The notes below the pieces were generated by a model. It ran no database searches. It was not told the DNA's origin and saw only the letters and a program-made list of their open reading frames with translations. Below are positions 26,619 to 32,000 of a stretch of DNA of 32,000 bases, piece after piece (the stretch's first letter is position 1; every line of letters begins with the position of its first letter). This stretch comes from Thermoproteus tenax Kra 1 (GTDB lineage: Archaea > Thermoproteota > Thermoprotei > Thermoproteales > Thermoproteaceae), in contig NC_016070.1 in NCBI RefSeq assembly GCF_000253055.1, positions 210,001 to 242,000 of the forward strand, given 5' to 3'. A program made the position numbers and the translations under genes.

Positions 26619-27437
26619 CTATAAAGGTGCCATCTCAGTCCCCAAGTCTATAGGCGGCGCGCGGTACGGGGCAGAGGTAACCACCACGTCCACATGTGGG
26701 GCATAAGACGCGATGTTGTGCTCGTCTATGCCCCCCGACGCCCCCACCACCACGCGGGGGTTCACCGCCCTGATCCTCGCCGCCGCCTCCGCCACCTCCT
26801 CCGGGGTCATCCGCTCCAGCTGGATATAGCTAAAACCTGCCTTCGCCGCCTCAACGGCCTCCTCGACGGTGGACACCTCCACGCCGGCTGGCCTAACCGC
26901 AACCGCCCTTGCGGCCTTCTGCAGAGCCCCATCCCCCAGAAAGACCAGGTGGTTTCTAAAGACGAGTACGCCGTCGGAGAGGCAACACCTGTGGACCATA
27001 CCCCCTCCCGCCAGCACCGCCTTGTGATACAGGGCCCTCAGGCCGGGCGGCGTCTTCCGCGTAGCCGCCACCACGACCCTTGGGTTGACCCGCCGCGCCA
27101 GCTCCACCAGCCTCCTCGTCTTCGTGGCGACCCCCGAGGCCCAAGCAACGACCTCCTGCGCCGTCCTCCAGGCGGCGTGTAGACACCGGGCCTCCCCCAC
27201 CGCCCGCAACACGACGTTGCCCCTCCGCGCCAGCTGGCCGCTCCTCTTAACCACCTCCACCTCCCCGCAGCCCGCCAGCCTGTACACCTCAGCCGCCTCC
27301 TCAGACCCAGCTACCACCGCCTCCTCCCTGGCGAAGAGTTGGGCAACCCCCCTCAGACCCCCGATGCCTAGAACCTCAGTAGTCAAGTCGTAGCTCCCCA
27401 GATCCTCCAAAAGCCAAGCCTCCAGCCGGCTCCTCAT
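26619..27437 (-). CDS. modD: ModD-like (NadC/quinolinate phosphoribosyltransferase fold) protein
   Basis: LLEDLGSYDLTTEVLGI, SGVATKTRRLVELARRVNPRVVVAATRKTPPGLRALYHKAVLAGGGMVHRCCLSDGVLVF, VGASGGIDEHNI. The KAVLAGGxxxHR signature and coupling (ATGA overlap) to a molybdate/tungstate-type binding protein favour ModD over NadC. Confidence 0.7.
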   Translation of the reverse strand: MRSRLEAWLLEDLGSYDLTTEVLGIGGLRGVAQLFAREEAVVAGSEEAAEVYRLAGCGEVEVVKRSGQLARRGNVVLRAVGEARCLHAAWRTAQEVVAWASGVATKTRRLVELARRVNPRVVVAATRKTPPGLRALYHKAVLAGGGMVHRCCLSDGVLVFRNHLVFLGDGALQKAARAVAVRPAGVEVSTVEEAVEAAKAGFSYIQLERMTPEEVAEAAARIRAVNPRVVVGASGGIDEHNIASYAPHVDVVVTSAPYRAPPIDLGTEMAPL

Positions 27438-28402
27438 TTGATAAACCCGTACTTCGACAAATCCATCTTCTTCAGCGACTCTATGACGCAGTTGCCTAAC
27501 TCCGTGTAGGAGGCCACGAAGGCCTCGAAGTGGCCAACCCTTATGGTTTTGACCGGCGGGCCAAGGAGGACGGCCACGGCTTTGATGGGCGGGTCCTCCA
27601 CGAAGTCGTAGGGCGGCTTGAAGACGTACACATAGTAGATCCTCCCGTCCGCCTCGGCTGTGTATGGCTCCCAGTAGCTAGTACCGTTGCCGGCGGGCCT
27701 AAGCTGGAGGCCTTTGCCGAGGAGGAAGGGGACGTAGGCGAACATGCAGCGGCCCGCCCCCGCCTCGAACTTAGCCCAAGCGCCGTCCAGGTTGGGGGCT
27801 ACGTCTATCATCTCTGTGTTGGGGAGGGAGCTGGGTATGTAGATGTAGAGCGTGCCGTTGTATACAAACCTCACCCCCAGGGCGGTGTACTTCGCCGTGA
27901 GGTTGACGCCGAGGTCCCGAGACAGCATCCACGCGGCGGCGAGCTCCCTATAGCCGATGGGGGCCTTGTTGGGGTCTGCGAAGACCGTCTTGGCGGAGGC
28001 CAGCTCCTCAAGCGTCGTGGGGCTTCTGCAGACGAGGGCCAGCTTGAACCTCCCCAGCGAGTAGGTCTGGAGGGCTCCCGCCCTCTCGGCATCCGGCCTT
28101 AGCTCTATGTCTACGCATGCAAATATGTCCGGTCTAGCCCCGCCCTGTATCCTCCTGAGGCCTTCTATACATCCCATAGACTGTATACCCCCTGTGCCGA
28201 GCCCCGCGGCCGCTGCAGCATCCCTAACCACCTTGACCAACATAGGCGCCACATACCCCAGAGGCGAGCCCGAGCACGTCTTGGTCGCCGTTGTAGCCGC
28301 CGTCTCGGGTGTCTTCTGTGGTGGCTGTTGGGACTGTAACAGGAAAAAGACTATTGCTACCAAGACTAGAGCTATGACCCCGATTAGGATCACCCGTTGC
28401 AT
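27434..28402 (-). CDS. Molybdate/tungstate-type ABC transporter substrate-binding lipoprotein/membrane-anchored protein
   Basis: N-terminal TM/signal segment, then CSGSPLGYVAPMLVKVVRDAAAAAG...ARPDIFACVDIELRP...FKLALVCRSPTTLEELASAKTVFADPNKAPIGYRELAAAWML: WtpA/ModA-like. Confidence 0.75.
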   Translation of the reverse strand: MQRVILIGVIALVLVAIVFFLLQSQQPPQKTPETAATTATKTCSGSPLGYVAPMLVKVVRDAAAAAGLGTGGIQSMGCIEGLRRIQGGARPDIFACVDIELRPDAERAGALQTYSLGRFKLALVCRSPTTLEELASAKTVFADPNKAPIGYRELAAAWMLSRDLGVNLTAKYTALGVRFVYNGTLYIYIPSSLPNTEMIDVAPNLDGAWAKFEAGAGRCMFAYVPFLLGKGLQLRPAGNGTSYWEPYTAEADGRIYYVYVFKPPYDFVEDPPIKAVAVLLGPPVKTIRVGHFEAFVASYTELGNCVIESLKKMDLSKYGFIK

Positions 28403-28434
28403 GTGTATATAAAAATTGTGGTTTATCTATATAA

Positions 28435-28602
28435 CTTATATACGAAATATAAAGTTTAAATTTTTTAAAGTTTTATACTTTTGTATTACATAAATGGCTT
28501 TCTTTTAATTTTTGTCTTATTACTTTGTTTATATATATATTTTTATTCTTATCTTTTATTAAAAATAGTTTATATAGTTTTTTATTATTATTTTTTGTAT
28601 AG
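28435..28602. promoter_or_regulatory. Very AT-rich divergent intergenic region of the molybdate/tungstate-type transporter
   Basis: About 165 bp almost free of G/C (tatacgaaatataaagtttaaattttttaaagttttatact...tttatatatatatttttattcttatcttttattaaaaatagtttatatagttttttatt) in a GC-rich context, between divergent genes. Confidence 0.6.
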
Positions 28603-28623
28603 GTAACGCCTAAATCCCTGGCT

Positions 28624-29325
28624 GTGTTGTTCTCTGTGGTTCTGGCCTTGGCCGCCGTTGCGTTTATAGTACTCCTACTATTTATACTGCCTATCGCCTA
28701 CCTAGGGGCGCTTCCGCCGGGGTTCGCGGAGACGTTTCTCCTCACTGCTCTGTTTAGCGGGGCGGCGGCTGGGCTTGGCCTGCTCCCGGGGCTGGCCGTG
28801 GCCGTCTGGGGCCGTGGGGGCTGGCGGGCGGCCGCGGCGCAGATCCTCTACGCGCCTGCCGTCGTGCCGCCTACGGCGGTGGGGGTTCTCCTCCTGGCGG
28901 CCTTTAGGAACCCCCTCCTGCCGGAGTGGCTCTACGGCTTTTTTGTGAACAGGGCGGCGGGGGTCCTCCTGGCGATGTTCGTCATGGCTCTGCCGGTGTC
29001 CTACGCGGTTTTCGACGGAGCGCTTAAGGACGTGAAGGCGGAGCTCTACTTCAGGTCGCTGGGGCTTGGGGGGCTTAGGCTTCTGGCGGCTCTCCTCCTC
29101 TCGCTGAGGAGGGCGGCCGCGGCGGCTTTCCTGCTGTCCTTCCTCCGGGGCTTCGGGGAGCTTGGGGTGCTCCTCATTTTCGCCTCCTACCCGCCAACCA
29201 TGCCCATCTACATATACCAGACCTTCCTCCAGGAGGGGTTGGGCGCCACGGTGGCGGCCTCCATGGCCGTCGCGGCTCTGGGGGTCTCCACGGCATACCT
29301 ACTGAGGCTATGGCTGTCGAGGTGA
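28624..29325 (+). CDS. ABC transporter permease, molybdate/tungstate type (ModB/WtpB-like)
   Basis: Polytopic membrane protein with ILYAPAVVPPTAVGVLLLAAFRNP and EAA-like loop AELYFRSLGLGGLRLLAALLLSLRRAAAAAFLLSFLRGFGELGVLLIF. Confidence 0.8.
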   Translation: MLFSVVLALAAVAFIVLLLFILPIAYLGALPPGFAETFLLTALFSGAAAGLGLLPGLAVAVWGRGGWRAAAAQILYAPAVVPPTAVGVLLLAAFRNPLLPEWLYGFFVNRAAGVLLAMFVMALPVSYAVFDGALKDVKAELYFRSLGLGGLRLLAALLLSLRRAAAAAFLLSFLRGFGELGVLLIFASYPPTMPIYIYQTFLQEGLGATVAASMAVAALGVSTAYLLRLWLSR

Positions 29326-29990
29326 GGGGGCTTAGGGCCAGGAGGGGGAGGTTCCAGCTGGAGGTGGAGCGCCTCTCCGTCAACTCCGTCACGGTGGTGC
29401 TCGGGAGAAACGGCAGCGGGAAGACGACGCTACTCGACGCGATAGCCGGCGCCATACCGGCGGAGGGGTCGGTGGAGGCGTGTGGGAGAGAGGTCTCGCG
29501 CCTCCCGCCGGAGGAGAGGGGGCTCGTATATATACAGTCCACGCCGGTGGACCCCCCCGGCGGCCCCAGGAGGTTCCTGAGGTGGGTGGCGGCGAGGTGG
29601 GGCCGGGGGGAGCGGGAGGTGGAGGAGGTGGCCGCCCTCCTGGGCATAAGGGAGCTTCTGGACAGGAGGGGCCTCTCCACCGGCCAGAAGCAGCTTGTCA
29701 ACATCGCGGCGGGCCTCCTGGCGGGGGCCTGCGGCTTCCTCATGGACGAGCCCACCTCCCACTTGGACTGGTTCAACAAGCAGCTTGTGGACGACGCAGT
29801 GAGGAGGCTGGGCAAGCCCGTCCTCTACGTAACCCACGACCCCTACGAGGCCGCCTACATAGGCGACGTCATATGCGTCATGGAGGAGGGCCGCTTAAAG
29901 AGGTGCGTGGAGAACAACCCCATCGACCTGGCTAAGCCCCTCGTGGAGAGGCTCCTCCAGCCAGAAAACCTAGCCGCCGCTCGGCGCTAA
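29310..29990 (+). CDS. ABC transporter ATPase, molybdate/tungstate type (ModC/WtpC-like)
   Basis: Walker A VLGRNGSGKTTLLDAIAG, signature variant LSTGQKQLVNIAAGLLAGACGFLMDEPTSHLDW, H-loop YVTHDPYEA. Overlaps permease by 16 nt. Confidence 0.85.
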   Translation: MAVEVRGLRARRGRFQLEVERLSVNSVTVVLGRNGSGKTTLLDAIAGAIPAEGSVEACGREVSRLPPEERGLVYIQSTPVDPPGGPRRFLRWVAARWGRGEREVEEVAALLGIRELLDRRGLSTGQKQLVNIAAGLLAGACGFLMDEPTSHLDWFNKQLVDDAVRRLGKPVLYVTHDPYEAAYIGDVICVMEEGRLKRCVENNPIDLAKPLVERLLQPENLAAARR

Positions 29991-30025
29991 AGCTTATATT
30001 ACACCTGCTGTTGGCGAAACAAATC

Positions 30026-30090
30026 GCCGTAGTTTAGCGGTCAAGTTCGCGGGTTGCGGTCCCGCCGGCCCGGATTTAAATCCCTGCGGC
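30026..30090 (+). tRNA. Degenerate or aberrant tRNA-like element, possible Arg GCG anticodon
   Basis: GCCGTAG (30026) pairs 7/7 with CTGCGGC ending at 30090. Anticodon-arm candidate GCGGG-TTGCGGT-CCCGC. T-loop-like GGATTTAAATCC. TATA-like gcttatatta about 30 nt upstream. Only 65 nt, with poor D and T arms. Confidence 0.4.
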
Positions 30091-30208
30091 AATCCTTTCG
30101 CTATTTCCTTCCTAGGGCTGGCCATTAGCTAATGGTGATCCACCCTGGGGTCTGGCGATCTGGGGGCGACCGGCGGCGGAGGATTCTTGTTACACGTCAC
30201 AAAACGTG

Positions 30209-30961
30209 TTATCCCGGCGGCTGTTGAGGAACTACTGCGGGAATTTCCCAAAGTATCTTCGTCTTGACGCCGTAGACGTCGTATATGACGTCTTCTCTAA
30301 AGACGGCTTTTATAGGCCCCGCGGCGTATACCTCCCCGCGGGACATAAATATGGCGTAGTCGGCGTACCTCAGTGCCATGTTCAAATCGTGTAGAACAGC
30401 CACCACAGTGACGTCGCTGGAGAGCTTCCTCAATAGCGAGGCCGCCTCCAGCTGGTGTCTCAGATCTAGGTTGTTGAAGGGCTCATCCAGCAGGAGGACC
30501 CTCGGCTCCACCGCGAGTGCCCTAGCCAGGAGGACCAGCTGGAACTCGCCTCCGCTCAGCTCCTCCAGAAACCTATCCCTCAAGTGGCTGATCCCGACGC
30601 GCTTGAGGGCATCCTCGGCGGCTCTGTAGTCCCCAGCGGTGGGGAAGAAGCGGAAGTAGGGCTTCCTAGAGCTCACCACCAGGTCGATGACCCTCAGCCG
30701 GCCCCCCGGGGTGGCCCTCTGCGGGACGTAGCCCACCGTCCTATACAGCTCCTCCCTCCGCGGAATCCTCCCGTCGAAGTACACCGCCCCCCTCCTGGGC
30801 TTTAGGACAGACGCCATGATCTTCATGAGGGTGCTTTTCCCAGCCCCGTTTGGCCCGAGCACCGCCGTAAAAGACCGCGGCGGGATCTCCACGGTGACCC
30901 CCCTAAGCGCCGGCCGTGAAGGGTAGCTGAACTCAACCTCTTCTATCTTAATACTCACCAT
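30209..30961 (-). CDS. FecE/BtuD-type ABC transporter ATPase (iron chelate/cobalamin class)
   Basis: Walker A LGPNGAGKSTLMKIMASVL, ELSGGEFQLVLLARALAVEPRVLLLDEPFNNLDL, HDLNMALRYADYAIFM. Confidence 0.85.
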   Translation of the reverse strand: MVSIKIEEVEFSYPSRPALRGVTVEIPPRSFTAVLGPNGAGKSTLMKIMASVLKPRRGAVYFDGRIPRREELYRTVGYVPQRATPGGRLRVIDLVVSSRKPYFRFFPTAGDYRAAEDALKRVGISHLRDRFLEELSGGEFQLVLLARALAVEPRVLLLDEPFNNLDLRHQLEAASLLRKLSSDVTVVAVLHDLNMALRYADYAIFMSRGEVYAAGPIKAVFREDVIYDVYGVKTKILWEIPAVVPQQPPG

Positions 30962-31964
30962 ACTTTCTCAGCCTAAAGAGCAGGGCCAGTATGAAGGCTG
31001 CCCCCACGAAGCTTAAAGTGATCCCCACCGGTATTATCACGGGAGGCTTCGCCACCCTCCCCACGATGTCTGCCCCCAGCACAAGGGCGGCGCCGGCCGC
31101 CGCGGAGGCGGGGATAAGCCTCGTGTGGCTTCCCCCCACCAGAAGCCTCGCTATATGCGGAGCCGCCAGGCCCACGAAGCCGATTACCCCCGTGAAGGAC
31201 ACCAACACCGCCACCGCCAGCGTCACGGCCACGAGGGTGGTCAACCTCAGCCTGGCGGGGTCCACCCCCGAGGTCTTCGCCACCTCTTCCCCCACGGCCA
31301 CCAGGTTGTACCCCGCCGAGTTGGCGAGGAAGTAGAGAGCTGAGGCGGCCGCCACGGCGAGAAGCATAAAGCTCTCCCAGTAGCTGGGCCTCCCCACGTC
31401 TCCAAACGTCCAGAAGACCACAGCCGCCGTCTGTATATCGTTGAGGTAGAGGTACTGGAGGAGGGCCAGCGCCGCCTGATACACGGAGGAGACCACCACC
31501 ATCGCCAGAACCACAGAGGCCACGCTGAAGCCGGTCAACGAGGCGAGGAAGAGCACGAGGAGGCCGTTCAAGAGGGCCGAGAGGAAGGCCAACCCCACGA
31601 CGAGGTAGGGGTTGGATATGTCCAACAGACCGCGCGTGACTGTCCCCGCCCCCGCCACCATCACCGCCACAGCCACGCCCAAGGCTGCCGCCTGGGGGAT
31701 CCCGAGGGTGAAGGGCGAGGCGAGGGGGTTCCTCAAAACCGCCTGTAGAGCGGCCCCCGCAACCGCAAGCGTAGCCCCCACAGCCACAGCCGTCACAGCC
31801 CTCGCTAGACGCATCTTCGCCACAAGCGCCTCAGTCCCAGATCCCCACAACGCCGCCTTAAGCACATCCAGAGGGCTGTAGTTGTACGCTCCAACTGAAA
31901 GCGAGGAGAGGAAAAGTGCCACCAAAACCCCAACCAACAGGAGATACGATGCTAAGACCCGCAT
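30948..31964 (-). CDS. FecCD/BtuC-type ABC transporter permease
   Basis: MRLARAVTAVAVGATLAVAGAALQAVLRNPLASPFTLGIPQAAALG and VSFTGVIGFVGLAAPHIARLLVGGSHTRLIPASAAAGAALVLGADIVGR, hallmark FecCD motifs. Confidence 0.9.
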   Translation of the reverse strand: MRVLASYLLLVGVLVALFLSSLSVGAYNYSPLDVLKAALWGSGTEALVAKMRLARAVTAVAVGATLAVAGAALQAVLRNPLASPFTLGIPQAAALGVAVAVMVAGAGTVTRGLLDISNPYLVVGLAFLSALLNGLLVLFLASLTGFSVASVVLAMVVVSSVYQAALALLQYLYLNDIQTAAVVFWTFGDVGRPSYWESFMLLAVAAASALYFLANSAGYNLVAVGEEVAKTSGVDPARLRLTTLVAVTLAVAVLVSFTGVIGFVGLAAPHIARLLVGGSHTRLIPASAAAGAALVLGADIVGRVAKPPVIIPVGITLSFVGAAFILALLFRLRKYGEY

Positions 31965-32000
31965 TTGAACTCCGTCAGCTGTCTAAATCCTCCTTTGAAG

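Noticed and set aside
29174-29815. 213-aa minus-strand ORF across the ABC permease/ATPase
   Set aside because: Ser/Arg/Pro-rich antisense of a clear ABC ATPase.

Overview
The window is a 32 kb stretch of a GC-rich archaeal chromosome. Codon style, TATA-type promoters, 24-nt CRISPR repeats and short ATGA gene overlaps suggest a crenarchaeon, probably Thermoproteales (inference). Part A (1-5.8 kb) is metabolic: partial secreted protein, Ca2+/Na+ antiporter-like protein, ModE-like HTH plus binding-protein-like regulator, DsbA-like thiol protein with a long coiled coil, lone ATP-cone protein, FeoB and TusA-like protein. Part B (5.8-24.5 kb) looks like a defence island. It holds a McrB/McrC-like pair, a phage GP88-like protein, a type I-A interference module (cas6, cas3'', cas3', cas8a2/csa4, cas5, cas7, csa5, all minus strand) without cas1/2/4 in the window, and a CRISPR array of 25 identical 24-nt repeats and 24 spacers read toward the cas genes. 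It continues with an ORF-poor decayed stretch, a small coiled-coil protein, a DprA + ComF-like phosphoribosyltransferase pair, and a co-directional block with a small basic ORF, a proteasome-beta-like Ntn hydrolase, a 100-aa protein, a 308-aa unknown and a 442-aa protein with a PD-(D/E)XK-like C-terminus. Part C (25-32 kb) holds a frameshifted small gene, a HemN-like radical SAM protein, a ModD-like protein with a divergent molybdate/tungstate-type ABC transporter around a very AT-rich intergenic tract, an aberrant 65-nt tRNA-like element, and a FecCD/BtuCD-type ABC transporter. The best candidate for an undescribed system is the 19.1-24.4 kb block (DprA/ComF plus proteasome-like hydrolase plus nuclease). 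All identifications come from reading motifs by eye; no database search was run.
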